A DNA stretch of 64,000 nt from Eledone cirrhosa (GCA_964016885.1 OZ024742.1:365552001-365616000); one strand, 5' to 3'. Positions 37,125 to 52,182 are shown, counted from the stretch's first letter. The notes: a model not told the origin generated them from the sequence alone. Program-made: numbers and translations.

Positions 37125-38941
37125 AATAATGTCAACAAAATTGCTTAGATGGTGGGTGGGGCATGTTGGACCAGCTATAATAGGTCTAAGTTTTAAGTCT
37201 TTTGGGTGTAGTAATTTAATGTACTCACTGTTTTGTTCTCTTACTGCCAGTTGTATTTCTTTTGACTTATGAACTTTCGGTAGGCCATACAGGTTGCTGG
37301 GTTTTGGCTCAAAATTGGTGATGTAGTCTCTTTCCTTATCAGTAAGTGAGTTGTGTTATTTTGAAGCCAGGTTGTTGATCTTCTTCATGATGTTGTGGTC
37401 TATATTTGACGGTATTTCATGATAGAATGTTGTGTCTTTCAGTTGTTCCTCAACCAAATCCTTGTAGTATTCAGTATTCATTATAACAACTGCACCCCCT
37501 TTATCTGCTTGTTGAATTATTATTGTTTTATCATTTTGTATACGTTTAAGTGCAGACATTTCTGATTTGTTAATGTTTGGCCTAACATTAGTATTATGTC
37601 TAAGAGGAAATTTAGACAGGATGTCAATGTATTGGTCGAGATAGATATTTCTTCCTTTTGGCGGAGTGAAATTTGATTTATTCTTTACTAGTGATTCATC
37701 ACTCTCATTACTTTTATCAGCGAAGAATTCTACAAGTTGTTATTTTCGACAGAATTCTTGGGTATCCTCCTTCAGTTCTTGGTGGTTGACTGTTGGAGTC
37801 GGTGTGAATTTCAATCCTGTTGACAGAATTTACATTTCATCATTGTCAACATCTCTTTTAGATAAATTAATTATTTTAGGATCTACGTGTACAGTTGTTT
37901 TGGGTATGTTTCCTCCTGGAGTTTTTCTTTTTCCGATTTTTTTGTCCTGACGTTAAAAAATGGATTTTTCTCTGTCAGGATTTATATTCCTGTTGGTGTT
38001 CGCTTTATGAACTTTTGGTCGTGATATTATATTTGGTTTCGTTATGTATTTTGTTCTATTTTTGGTATTATGTATATTATTTTTCCTGTTAGCATTATTT
38101 TTAACAATCTGGGGAAATGACCTATGTTTGCTTTCAGGTTTAGATCGTCTTTTCGCCCAGCTTCTTGTGGGCAATCTCTGTTGAGATCTTGAGAGTGATC
38201 TGGTTATTCTACGTTTTGTTTCCACATTCCTTGTTGGTAGTCTCTGTTGAGATCTTGAGAATGATCTCCTGGTTTTACTACTTCTCAAAAGCAGAAATCT
38301 AATTTACTGCATTAAATGCCCGAATTGTGAAGAACTATATGTCGGTCAAACTGGAAATGCACTATCGGAACGTGCACGGGTACACCGTCAGCAAATCAGA
38401 GACCCAAATGTCCGTCAGATACCCCTAAGTAACCATCTAGCAACATGTGGTCAGGGAATATTTATAATATTCCCATTCTACAAATTACACAGCCCAAGTG
38501 AAATCAAGAGAAAAATGAAAGAAAAGAATTTTATTGATAAATTCAAACCCAAGCTAAATGAAGAATAATAACGCTTAGGGGTATTATTTCTACTATGACT
38601 ATGACTACAACCACTAACAACAACAACAACAATAATAATAATAATAATAAAAGTGATGTTGATGGTGATGATTACTAGAAAATGTTATTTTCATCATTTC
38701 TAAAAATAGCAAAACAATTGATGCTTTGGATAGGATTATTTATTGGTCGTTAGACATGCTCAACCAGCCGTGACGCTTAAACCAATCAGCTTTAGTAATT
38801 CAGTGAAACTACACACCGATTGGTCGAAATACAGTTTGCAAGATTTAGCATTCTGGAGCCACTTTTCACTGTATATAAGGTACAAAATTTACCCTTCTCA
38901 TTACAGTTGAAAATTGCAAACTTGACTGTCACCACATATTA

Positions 38942-38980
38942 TGAACCTGAAGATTGCGAAAGCATGAAAGTACTTGTTCA
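38942..38980 (+). ncRNA. Minimal type I hammerhead (Neptune pLTR)
   Basis: TGAAC-CTGAAGA-T-TGC(GAAA)GCA-T-GAAA-GTAC-TT-GTTCA; mirror 35184-35222 (-). Confidence 0.85.
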
Positions 38981-39092
38981 ATTAACACTTAGAATTTAAT
39001 ATTCTATCATACTATTTCATTCTAATACCATTGTAAATTTTAAAGGATTGTAAATAAAACGAGTAAATCAGACAAAGTTGGAATTCCTCTTA

Positions 39093-39143
<51 letters not shown>

Positions 39144-39148
39144 GTATA

Positions 39149-39250
<102 letters not shown>

Positions 39251-39549
39251 CACCAATTGTTGAAACTTGAAAATAATGTGATCTACACGAAAGGTATACT
39301 ATCCATGAACTGAAGCAAAAGGAACCCATCACCCAATAATCAACTACACTCAGGAGACATACCACACAAAAATCTAAAACATCCTTGAAAATCATACCAC
39401 AACCCTTCCAGAAAATTAGCAACAAACCTGTAACAATTACTGGTATGGAGGCGACGGATGACATCACGACACACACGTCGTAATACATATTTTCAATACA
39501 AGTTTGCATACATGGAAACTGAGAATATTTATAGATTTACCTTCACATA

Positions 39550-39595
39550 GCAAGACTGTTTCGTGGCCGAAAATACGGTCATCATTTTCAATCGC
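39550..39595 (-). ncRNA. Degenerate hammerhead-like motif (U3-A8 core)
   Basis: GCGA-TTGAAAA-..TGACCG(TATTTT)CGGCCA-C-GAAA-CAG-TC-TTGC. Confidence 0.4.
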
Positions 39596-40037
39596 GATAA
39601 AAAGGGGGAAATTATATAAATCTTGTGAACTAACCTTTTAAGAACACATGGATTGAGCTGCTCTTTAGTGATACGAGGGTTTGAAAGCAACCAGTCAAAT
39701 TAGACGACACGATTGATTGGTAATGGCGCTACTTCATCTACCCTGACGGATTTCAGAAGATATTAGTTGTTTGTAAGCAGTGTTTTTGATATTTGATGTC
39801 GCTAGAGGTTCAGTGATGATCCTAATATAATAGGCATCATTATACTGAGCTGAGAGATTCTACTACCTGCGTTGTATCTCCGTGTGATTGTACAACTTTG
39901 GTATCTATCAAGACGATAACTGGCTGTCATCGGAGAAACTCCTTGTATTTTAACATGTTGTAAAGTGTACCCCCAGGAAATTAAATTTGTAAAGAGTAAT
40001 GACTAGACTAAATTTACTGAAATTAAGCAGTCAAAAT

Positions 40038-40225
40038 AATTGTTTCTACTTTAGGCACAAGGCCAGCAATTACCCAGTGCATTACTGGTACTTTATTTTA
40101 TCGACCCCGTAAGGATGAAAGGCAAAGTCAACCTCGGCGGGATTTGAACTCAGATCGTAAAGGGACGTAACTATGCTGGAAAGCATGGCGCCCAGCCCTC
40201 TACTGATACTGCCAATCCACCGCCA
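40038..40225 (-). mobile_element. tRNA-derived SINE
   Basis: Near-identical to 33800-33985. Confidence 0.85.
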
Positions 40226-40559
40226 GTCAAAATAATACATCTTGTGAAATTAACGTATTTGGTGAATATATATTGTAAAATTGGTGAACATATATTGTAA
40301 AATGTCAAGTCACTCTTGAGTGCTACTGGTGACATGTAAACCAGTACAATCTGTCGCATGGACGGGTCGTCGGCGACTAAACTGGCAACCCCACCAAGTT
40401 TACTTGGTGAGGAGGGTGATTTTGGACACCCTGCAGGACAAAAAACAAAACCTGACAAAGGGCGGAAGAACTGATAAGAATCAACGGCCATCCAAAAATG
40501 TGTAAATATGTATATACACATGTACATATGTATATACGTGTATATATATTTAAAAAAAA

Positions 40560-40666
40560 AACTGATAAAAAGATTGTAAAAACTGATTAAAAGATTGTAA
40601 AAACTTATAAAAAGATTGTAAAAACTGATTAAAGGATTGTAAAAACTGATAAAAAGATTGTAAAAT
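40560..40666. repeat. Tandem repeat of about 20-21 bp x5
   Basis: AAAACTGATAAAAAGATTGT. Confidence 0.9.
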
Positions 40667-41366
40667 TAATGTGATTGATAACTGATAATAAAAACAAGTC
40701 CTTCTCATAAGCATTTGGTTGTATTTCATCAGTGTACAACTGGAGGCAGTGGTGAAGGTCCTTAATATTATTGGAAGAGAAGGATTGCTACTAATGTCAG
40801 CTAATATTACAACATTAGATCAGAATATCAGGTTTCCAAGTTGGTTATTGCTACTAAAAGAAAATCAGATAACAACAGTTTCATACAAAGAAGTCAAAGT
40901 AAGAAGGAGTAAAACAGGGAGAAGGGGGGGGGGAAGCAAACCAGGACAACAATTTATGGTATTTGTTAAATATAGAACATTAAACTATGTGATTGATCCC
41001 ACCTAATAAAACAAATCAATTTACTTCCTTCTTCGAAAGATAGGGTTTGTTTGTCATCAGTTTACAACTGGAAGAAATGGCAAAGGTCCTTAATGCTATT
41101 AGAGGTAAATGTCTGCTAATAATCTTACTGTAGGCCAGATCAATAGATTTGGAAACTCTTCTTACTACTAACACTAGATCAAACAGCAACAGATATTTCA
41201 TTGAGAGAAGCCAGTAACACGGACAACGTGTAGAATGGTGAGAGAATTGGCAGTGAGAAGAATTGGAATGTAACGAAGATGATGTATTTGTTAAATATAG
41301 GATGTAACCTGGTAATAATACATTCACAACTACATAGAACAGAACACAGACAACCCTGCATAAATA

Positions 41367-41583
41367 CGAGGGTGGGCTGAAAAGTTAAAAGGCTGACCAA
41401 GATAATCTCATGGAATTATTAAATGAAGATTAGTTTAAACATAGTCCCAGCAAAAATACAATGAAATAATCAATAAGAAGAAATCAATAAGTTATCAATA
41501 AGAAGAAATTAATTCATGCAATATTTCGCAGCCCTAGCATCACGCCTTCATAATCAGCGAATGAACCTTTCAGCCGACACTCG
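41367..41583. mobile_element. Mariner-type MITE
   Basis: TA-CGAGGGTGGGCTGAAAAGTT ... AACCTTTCAGCCGACACTCG-TA. Confidence 0.75.
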
Positions 41584-41609
41584 TATAATCATATGAAAGA
41601 CAATAATAA

Positions 41610-41800
41610 TTGTATCTACATTTGGCACAAGGCCAGCAATTACCCAGTACATTACTAGTACTTTATTTTATCGACCCTGTAAGGATGAAAGGCAAAGTTA
41701 ACCTCGGCGGGATTTGAACTCAGAATGGCAAGGGCCGTAACTCTATGCGTCAAATCATGGCGTTCGGCCCTCTACCGATACTGCAAACTCATTGCCCGCA
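41610..41800 (-). mobile_element. tRNA-derived SINE
   Basis: GGATGAAAGGCAAAGTTAACCTCGGCGGGATTTGAACTCAG. Confidence 0.85.
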
Positions 41801-42074
41801 AGACAATACTAATATTCTTTGAATAGATTCACAAGGTTCAGTGTCGTGTATGTAACGTATTAAAACTAATATAAACAATGTAGCAGTTATTCCCCAGACA
41901 GATTAACATCAGTTGTGAAACCTTCGTGTAAACCTATGTCACTACACACACATACACACAGAGACACAAACACACACACACACACATACAGAACACACAC
42001 ACATAAACACACACACACACACACACAACACATACACATACACACATACACACATACACACACACACACACCCA

Positions 42075-42132
<58 letters not shown>

Positions 42133-42313
42133 TATGTGATTGATCACACGTAATGAAAAATCGTTTATTTAATTCCTCACCCGCCAATGTTATGATTGTC
42201 ATAAGTCTAAAATTGGAAGCAATGGCTGTTAGTGCCAATGGAAATAGTTGCTGCTAATATCTGTTAATATTTATAACTGTAGACCTGAACATCAGGTTTT
42301 GAATATGTATTTG

Positions 42314-44028
42314 CTGTAGTAATGTTGAATGAGAAACTGTTTGATACAGAGACGCCATTTTAACTGACAAGGTGTAGAGAAGTGAGACAGAGTGTAGTAA
42401 TGTTGAATGAGAAACTGTTTGATACAGAGACGCCATTATAACAGACAAGGTGTAGAGAAGTGAAACAGAGTCTAGTAATGTTGAATGAGAAACTGTTTCA
42501 TACAGAGACGCCATTTTAACTGACAAGGTGTAGAGAAGTGAGACAGAGTGTAGTAATGTTGAATGAGAAACTGTTTGATACAGAGACGCCATTTTAACTG
42601 ACAAGGTGTAGAGTAGTGGGACAGAGTGTAGTAATGTTGAATGAGCAACTGTTTGATACAGAGACGCCATTTTAACTGACAAGGTGTAGAGTAGTGAGAC
42701 AGAGTGTAGTAATGTTGAATGAGAAACTGTTTGATACAGAGACGCCATTTTAACTGACAAGGTGTAGAGTAGTGGGACAGAGTCTAGTAATGTTGAATGA
42801 GAAACTGTTTGATACAGAGACGCCATTTTAACTGACAAGGTGTAGAGTAGTGGGACAGAGTGTAGTAATGTTGAATGAGCAACTGTTTGATACAGAGACG
42901 CCATTTTAACTGACAAGGTGGAGAGTAGTGACACAGAGTGTAGTAATGTTGATTGAGCAACTGTTTGATACAGAGACGCCATTTTAACTGACAAGGTGTA
43001 GAGTAGTGAGACAGACTGTAGTAATGCAGAATGAGAAACTGTTTGATACAGAGACGCCATTTTAACTGACAAGGTGTAGAATAGTGGGATAGACTGTAGT
43101 AATGTTGAATGAGCAACTGTTTGATACAGAGACGCCATTTTAACTGACAAGGTATAGAGTAGTGGGACAGAGTGTAGTAATGTTGAATGAGCAACTGTTT
43201 GATACAGAGACGCCATTTTAACTGACAAGGTATAGAGTAGTGAGACAGAGTGTAGTAATGTTGAATGAGAAACTGTTTGATACAGAGACGCCATTTTAAC
43301 TGACAAGGTGTAGAGTAGTGAGACAGAGTGTAGTAATGTTGAATGAGCAACTGTTTGATACAGAGACGCCATTTTAACTGACAAAGTATAGAGTAGAGAG
43401 ACAGAGTGTAGTAATGTTGAATGAGCAACTGTTTGATACAGAGACGCCATTTTAACTGACAAGGTGTAGAGTAGTGGGACAGAGTGTAGTAATGTTGAAT
43501 GAGCAACTGTTTGATACAGAGACGCCATTTTAACTGACAAGGTGTAGAGTAGTGAGACAGAGTGTAGTAATGTTGAATGAGCAACTGTTTGATACAGAGA
43601 CGCCATTTTAACTGACAAAGTATAGAGTAGAGAGACAGAGTGTAGTAATGTTGAATGAGCAACTGTTTGATACAGAGACGCCATTTTAACTGACAAGGTG
43701 TAGAGTAGTGGGACAGAGTGTAGTAATGTTGAATGAGCAACTGTTTGATACAGAGACGCCATTTTAACTGACAAGGTGTAGAGTAGTGGGACAGAGTGTA
43801 GTAATGTTGAATGCGCAACTGTTTGATACAGAGACGCCATTTTAACTGACAAGGTGTAGAGTAGTGAGACAGAGTGTAGTAATGTTGAATGAGCAACTGT
43901 TTGATACAGAGACGCCATTTTAACTGACAAGGTTTAGAGTAGTGGGACAGAGTGTAGTAATGTTGAATGAGCAACTGTTTGATACAGAGACGCCATTTTA
44001 ACTGACAAGGTTTAGAGTAGTGAGGCAG
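42314..44028. repeat. Minisatellite 78 bp, about 22 copies
   Basis: GTAATGTTGAATGAG at 42319, 42397 and onward; the period is a multiple of 3, which explains the 558-aa and 396-aa ORFs. Confidence 0.95.
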
Positions 44029-44331
44029 AAAACGGGGATAAAAACGAGAAGAACTTTAAAGAAACAGAAGAGAAAACAAAAGATCAGTTAATTTATCACT
44101 TAAACATTAAGTGATTCCTTATCTGGCGTATTGCTACCACTTACCTGTTCAATCAATCATCTTCTCCATCAATCATTTTAAATCAATTGATAAGACTGAA
44201 TGAGCAGAAGCAAAATAGAAAACAAAACTGAGAACATAGTGACAAAGACAAATATAGACGTGTACATATGTATATATATACACTTATACAAGAACATATA
44301 TACATATATATATATATACAAGTATACAAGT

Positions 44332-44395
<64 letters not shown>

Positions 44396-44406
44396 TAGTA
44401 TACAAG

Positions 44407-44437
<31 letters not shown>

Positions 44438-45953
44438 ACTTGTATACGTGTATATATATATATACGTGTACAGCTACATGTATATATACACTAATACAGG
44501 TACACAAACACACGTATACAAACATACACAACACTTATACAGACGTAAACACAACACACAAACACTCACACACGCACCATACACACAAGCACACACACAC
44601 ACACACACCATACACACAAGCACACAAACACACACACACAAGCACGCACACCATACACACATCACACTCACACACCATACACTCAAAAACACACACGCAC
44701 CATATACACATCACATACACACCATACACTCAAGCACACAAACTCACACACACAAGCACACACACGCACACCATACACACATCACACACACACATAAACG
44801 AACACTCATGTATACAATGGCAGAGACATATATACAGACACACTACCAGCAGACACACACACAGGAGCATACACATGTAAAGCACGTACACACACTGACA
44901 GACACACACAGACACACACATCATACAGACACACACAGCCACACAGTCACACAGCCACACAGTCACACAGCCACATACACTGTACTACATTATTATTTAT
45001 CACCGACATAAATCTCTTTGACACATTTTTTCCCTCATTCAGAAAATTTAAAGACATCTTTTCAAAGAATGACGGATGGTTCCTCTCCAGATTCCATCGA
45101 TTCCAAACTTCCCTCATCTTTAATATCGGAGAAAATTATCCTTCATTTATTTGCTTTATACACCTTTTCGGGGGAATGAGGAGGGGGGGGGGGCTTTGCA
45201 CATCCTTTTCTTTTCATATTTTATGTTGCTTAGATTGCTGTTTTGTGTTGTTTTGTTTTTCGTGCTCGCATTATTAGAATGAATATGGTTGTACTATTGT
45301 GTTACTTGTTGTTGTTGCTGTTGTTGTTGTTGTTGTTTTACTGTCTACCTGTGAAGTCGTTTGCTGAACTAAACGAAAGAAATTCCAGCGCACCCCACAC
45401 TACCACCCAAGTCAATTCTAACTAGACTACAACACTTACTATTACCATCACAACAGATACTACAGTCAATATATTGATAGAATGTTCTTGTGGACCAGTG
45501 TCGTTACAAATGATGGAAATAGCGTTAAACATATTGTCTTGGGTCGACGATGTTATGAACGTTATAAGATGTATGAACAAACATAGAAACTGGGAAAGAT
45601 TCGTTTTGATAAATTGGTTTGTATTAGAGAAACCTTATAGTTTGTGTTAATTACTGACACGTGGACGTGATTAAAGAATTATATTTTAAAATTCCATAAA
45701 TGTTTAGAATATTTCTATACATGATATACGTGTTTGAATGTATGAAGAACTTCGGAAAAGTATTTAGAGGGAGAAGTATGGGGCGAAAACCAAGAACCTA
45801 GCGATTGTAAAAACAAACGTACTGTAGCACCATGTTATGACTTAAATAGAAAATATATTGCGTATATGTGGGCATAGTTGTGCGTATACATTTAAAGAAT
45901 TTCATACATTCATATATATATATATCTGTGTGTGTGTGTATGTGTGTGTGTGA

Positions 45954-46948
<995 letters not shown>

Positions 46949-46957
46949 TATATATGT

Positions 46958-47137
46958 ATAGGAAAAGAAGCAGCGTTTCGACAGCTAGATCCGAACGGTT
47001 CGGATCTAGCTGTCGAAAGGGCTGGAGCTCAGCCGTCGGGATCCTGAATATGTTCCTACTAGCCATTATACTACCCTCAGTATTGAGTACTCTGGTACGT
47101 TAGAGTCCACCTGATATCTTACCACAGCCTCTTTGTA
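46958..47137 (+). mobile_element. Family A fold-back copy
   Basis: Hairpin TTTCGACAGCTAGATCCGAA...TTCGGATCTAGCTGTCGAAA then family A tail. Confidence 0.75.
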
Positions 47138-47250
47138 TTATATATATATATATGTGTGTGTATGCAAAAGGTAAACAGAAATAACAACACAATCGATACA
47201 GTATATGGAAGGTATATATTAGGTCAACGATTGGTATAGCGGGAAGAGGG

Positions 47251-47286
47251 TCTTATCGTTTCGGACGCTAGTCCTTCATCAGAAGA
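47251..47286 (-). ncRNA. Minimal hammerhead, cleavage triplet mutated (family P)
   Basis: TCTT-CTGATGA-A-GGAC(TAGC)GTCC-GAAA-CG-AT-AAGA. Confidence 0.65.
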
Positions 47287-47390
47287 AAGAATGAGAAATA
47301 AAATAGATTGAGGGGACGGGTGGGATGGAATTGGAAAATTGTCTTTAGATAAAAATAACAGGTCTATTCATGTTGACATCTCTTGCAAAA

Positions 47391-47443
<53 letters not shown>

Positions 47444-47504
47444 GGTATTTTTGGAAATAGGATATATTTTCACTAGCTCTGAGAGTTTTGCAGGTCAACA
47501 GTGT

Positions 47505-47550
47505 GCTGTACTGATGAAGGGTGATACCCAGAAACATTAGTGTCTGTAGT
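47505..47550 (+). ncRNA. Minimal type I hammerhead (family Q)
   Basis: GCTGTA-CTGATGA-A-GGGT(GAT)ACCC-A-GAAA-CATTAGTG-TC-TGTAGT. Confidence 0.75.
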
Positions 47551-47705
47551 TCTGTTCACAAGCCAACACAAGAGCAAAAATGAAGGGTTCCTTCTCCTGA
47601 CATAGCTATAAAATTGAGGGTTGTTTGCAAAATTTCAAACGAATCGAATGTTGTTATTAATATTCGAAAAATTGAGATTACACATATATATATATATCTA
47701 TCTAT

Positions 47706-47955
47706 CTAAGGCGGGTAAAATTCCCGAGATCCATGGACGAGTTCTCTCCAGCGGTCTCTGTCCCTCATTATCGCTGCCATGTCCTGCATCTCCAACAGAC
47801 CAGTGTCTGTCCTTAAGGCATCAACATACGTTAACCTTGGTCTTCCTCTTCTAGTGTGTCCATGTAGGGGCTCCCAAACGAGTACTGAGTGCAATGTCAA
47901 CTCTGGATGTCGGTGAGCATGTCCAGCTAACCTCAGTCTCCTCTGTGTCACTTTT
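47706..47955 (-). mobile_element. RTE-clade LINE 3' end
   Basis: RRLRLAGHAHR...RGRPRLTYVD...DRDRWR C-terminal motif, stop, then (TAGA)n. Confidence 0.8.
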
Positions 47956-47957
47956 GT

Positions 47958-48378
47958 ATGTATATATAGTGTATTTTGCATTACACTGTATGCTTAATTA
48001 AAATCATTTCGAAGACCTTATGCTTTTGTTTTAGAGTAGTGACAGACACACTTACTTTAATTTTCAGCAAACAGGGGAGATAAAGCTGACAGGGTCCTGT
48101 TTCGCATTTATTGATGCTTATCAAAGCCAACTACTCCTCCTGTTTGCTGAAATCATGGATGTTTGGTTCTTATAGAATTCTAGTAAATAATCAGGAACTG
48201 ATTATACAGAGCGGTTGCCGGTTAAGCAGAAATTGAAAATTAGAAATGGTGCTCTGAAATAGCTATATATATATGAATGTATATATGGTGTATTTTGCAA
48301 TACACTGTATGCTTAATTAAAAGCATCTTCGAAATGCAGTGTATTGCAAAATACACTATATATACATTCATATATATG
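47958..48378 (-). mobile_element. Family O second copy (unit of about 319 nt; HHR 48084-48128)
   Basis: GTGTATTTTGCA at 47969 and 48288; GGCT-TTGATAA-GCAT(CAATAA)ATGC-GAAA-CAGGACCCTG-TC-AGCT. Confidence 0.85.
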
Positions 48379-48519
48379 GTATTTCACTGAGGAACTGGAA
48401 TCATATGATTCCCGTTCCTCAGTGAAATAACAACCCAACCAGGAACTGGGCATATCAGAGTATTGACAATATTATACACCTCAACAACATATGTACTTGT
48501 CTATACCATACTAATTCAA

Positions 48520-48574
48520 ACTGCCTGAAGAGGTCACAGCCAAAGATGGCTGTCACTGAAATATATATAGCAGT
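48520..48574 (+). ncRNA. Type I hammerhead
   Basis: ACTGC-CTGAAGA-GGT-C-ACAGCCA(AAGA)TGGCTGT-C-ACT-GAAA-TATATA-TA-GCAGT. Confidence 0.85.
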
Positions 48575-48717
48575 AATAAACGAAGCTAAATTTTAATCAT
48601 TTGACTTTTTATTTAACTTTATTTTACACTACTCCGGAGTAACCAAACCAACCTGCGCACCTCGTCAAGTGCTCCAGTCTGCATACTGAGGTGTTGGTAT
48701 ACAACCAACATAAACTC

Positions 48718-48815
<98 letters not shown>

Positions 48816-49283
48816 GTACATATGGCATTATTATGTTCACCTACTATCTGTGATTTCGTGTGCTGAAACTAAATCCACCGTGTATCGTCCTGCGACACCC
48901 GACCAATTCTAGCTAGATACCAAATCACCTGATATTTCTCCTTCTTCTACGATACAAAACTCTTTCATATTTATCTAAAACGTTCAATCATAATTTTTTT
49001 TATTAAAGCCTTGTTAAGTTATGTTCCAAACAGTAGCATAATAATGTAACAGTCAGTTACAGGCGTTAATCCCTCCACATTCTTGATTATTTTTAAATTA
49101 TTTCAAAATGGTGCACTGTCTTTCATTCCAAGTATGGTATTGTCGGGATTAAATGATTTATATTTATGTAACAACTTTTTATTTAAGTTATTGATAATTT
49201 CCAAAATTATTTGTAAACCATAGTCAGTGTCTTTCTTTAGAAACATGCTTATATTTATTAAAGCATTATCTATAATTATTTTA

Positions 49284-49722
49284 TAGGGTGGTGGATTGGC
49301 AGTATCGGTAGAGGGTCGGACGCCATGCTTTGCAGCATAGAGTTACGGCTCTTTATGATTTGAACTCAAATCCCGCCGAGGTTAACTTTGCCTTTCATCC
49401 TTAAGGGGTCGATAAAATAAAGTACCAGTCACGCACTGGGGTCGATTTAATCGACTTTCTCCTCCCCCCCCAAAAAAAATTACTGGCCTTGTGCCTATAT
49501 AAGAAACCATTATCTATAATTATTTTATAGGGCGGTGGATTGGCAGTATCGGTAGAGGGTCTGACGCCATGCTTTACAGCATAGAGTTACGGCCCTTTAT
49601 GGTCTGAGTTCAAATCTCGCCGAGGTTAACTTTGCCTTTCATCCTTACGGGGTCGATAAAATAAAGTACCAGTAATGCACTGGGATAATTACTGACCTTT
49701 TGCAAAAAGTAGAAACAATTAT
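49284..49722 (+). mobile_element. Two tandem tRNA-SINE copies
   Basis: Two A-box/B-box heads (49284, 49527), each with a GCCTTTCATCCTT..GGGGTCGATAAAATAAAGTACCAGT core resembling the Meta/MESC-type SINE domain (tentative). Confidence 0.85.
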
Positions 49723-50427
49723 TTTATATATCATTTATTAAGTTGCGTTCCAAACGTTGGATAATTAATTATAGGGCTAATGACATTAATAAATTCCAGC
49801 AATAATTTAAAATCATAGACTGTATCTTTCAGTAGAAATAACATAACGAAAGGTTAACATGGCTGTGTTGATATAATGAATATCATTGCTGATTTTATTG
49901 TTGTATTTTAGCGATTGTATGGGAACTTTTGTGCTGATCTAAACGAAAAAAAAAGAAACATACCTGCACATCTTAAGTTACTCCTCCTACACCACTAATC
50001 AATACCAACTAGACCATATTACCATTACTATTACCATCAATACTTAATAATAACATAAAATCTCGTAGTTACTGCAGAAACCAACGCGAGAACGGAGCGA
50101 TCAACAATAATGACAACAACAGCTACAAACATCACCAAACACTACTTCCTATCTAGACAGTCTATCGCTTTCTTTATCATGATTTTTGTCTGTTATGATG
50201 TCAATAGACAGAACATCAGCAACATAATAACAACAACAACAGCAATAACAATAAAGATGATGATACCTGACATTTATATAGAAATAAGTTACATTGTGAA
50301 AACGTTTTATATTATTTGAGTTGTTCCTGTCATACAAGTACACACAGCACAATTTGCTCATATCAATATATACATATACAAAGGAAAATATACACACATA
50401 TCTACATACAAATATGCAAACATATGC

Positions 50428-50850
50428 ATATCTACATACACATAAATACACAAACACTCACATATCTACATACACATAAATACACAAACACTCACATATC
50501 TACATACACATAAATACACAAACACTCACATATCTACATACACATAAATACACAAACAGTCACATATCTACATACACATAAATACACAAACACTCACATA
50601 TCTACATACACATAAATACACAAACACTCACATATCTACATACACATAAATACACAAACACTCACATATCTACATACACATAAATACACAAACACTCACA
50701 TATCTACATACACATAAATACACAAACACTCACATATCTACATACACATAAATACACAAACACTCACATATCTACATACACATAAATACACAAACACTCA
50801 CATATCTACATAAACATAGATACACAAACACTCACATATCTATATACACA
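50428..50850. repeat. Minisatellite 34 bp, about 12 copies
   Basis: CACATATCTACATACACATAAATACACAAACACT. Confidence 0.9.
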
Positions 50851-51221
50851 TAGACAGCCATACAAAAATATATACACACATATATAGATTCAGAGATATG
50901 CACAACCATGCATATACAAATAGATACACGTGTATGCACGCGCATGTGTGTGTGCCTGTGTGTGTGTCTGTGTGTGTGTCTGTGTGTGTGTCTGTGTCTG
51001 TGTGTGTCTGTGTGTGTATGTGTTACTCTGTGTGTTTCTGTAGTTTCCATGAAGGTTTAAAAGCTGACATTAACCGGTATGAGGAGGAACTGGGGAAAAA
51101 CTTACTTCAGTTTTGAAACTTTGTACAAAGGCCACTGAACAGTCTGTATTTGTTACCATCAATATAATCGCTACTTTTCGATTTTTGCAGAATTGTCATT
51201 GTTTCTCGTTGAAGTCGAGTC

Positions 51222-51324
<103 letters not shown>

Positions 51325-51722
51325 GAAGTTATATTTAATTTGTTGGGATACAACAAGCAAATATTTTTATAACTGATCTAAAGCACTCAACAAATTATTG
51401 GAGTAAAAATACAATATATTAACAAATGGAAACTTTATTTATAAAACCATTTATGATTTTATAAATATAGTTTCCATTTGTTAATATATTGTATATTTAT
51501 ATATATATATAGACGTTTCAGTAAGTCCGAAGAAAACTGGTGAGTGAACCAAAGTCAGCACTCTATTCAGAGTAGAGTGTATACAATAAGAAATAAGTGA
51601 AGGTGTTATATCAGAAATTTATTGCTCAACCCTGGTTACAAATGTTTATAAAACAGCTGGCTCGTGAACCGAATTTACGCTCCAGACCAGATTCCAGATT
51701 ATGTAACACCATTATTTTCTTT

Positions 51723-51801
<79 letters not shown>

Positions 51802-51992
51802 TATGTATATGTATATATATTAAAATAACAGATTAAAGTTTAAGCAAAGAATTTCTGCTTTCTCCCTTAATGGGATCTTCTGAATCTCTATGGTTTTATA
51901 TATTTATATATATATATTATCCTTATCGAGCCCTCTTCGGATTTTAGTTTCCACATTTATTATTATTACTATATATATATATATATATATAT

Positions 51993-52180
51993 GAAAACGT
52001 ATGACCCCGACGGCAGAGCTCAAGCCGTTTCGACGGCTATTTCTGGACTGAAATAGCCGTCGAAACGGCTTGAGCTCTGCCGTCGGGGTCATACTTTTTC
52101 CTATTTCCCACTCTACTGCTCTAAGTATTGAGTACTCTGGTGCGTTATGGTCCATCTGGTTCCTTACCACAATTCCTTTG

Positions 52181-52182
<2 letters not shown>
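51993..52182 (+). mobile_element. Family A fold-back copy with a perfect hairpin of about 44 bp
   Basis: GTATGACCCCGACGGCAGAGCTCAAGCCGTTTCGACGGCTATTTC and its exact inverse; 3' half of an HHR (GAAA-CGGC..GCCG-TC-GGGGTC). Confidence 0.85.

Larger units (their letters stand above)
35066..39097 (-). mobile_element. Neptune-like Penelope retroelement with inverted pLTR of about 0.8 kb
   Basis: RT and GIY-YIG ORF on the minus strand; 38288-39097 is an inverted copy of about 35066-35930; right end abuts (TA)n. Confidence 0.9.

Noticed and set aside
42784-43974. 396-aa repetitive ORF as a real protein
   Set aside because: Second open frame of the 78-bp minisatellite; no unique domain
51630-51692. 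Hammerhead-shaped motif on the minus strand (CTGGT...CATTTG-TA-ACCAG)
   Set aside because: Both core boxes are mutated (CTGGAGC, TAAA); at best a dead remnant
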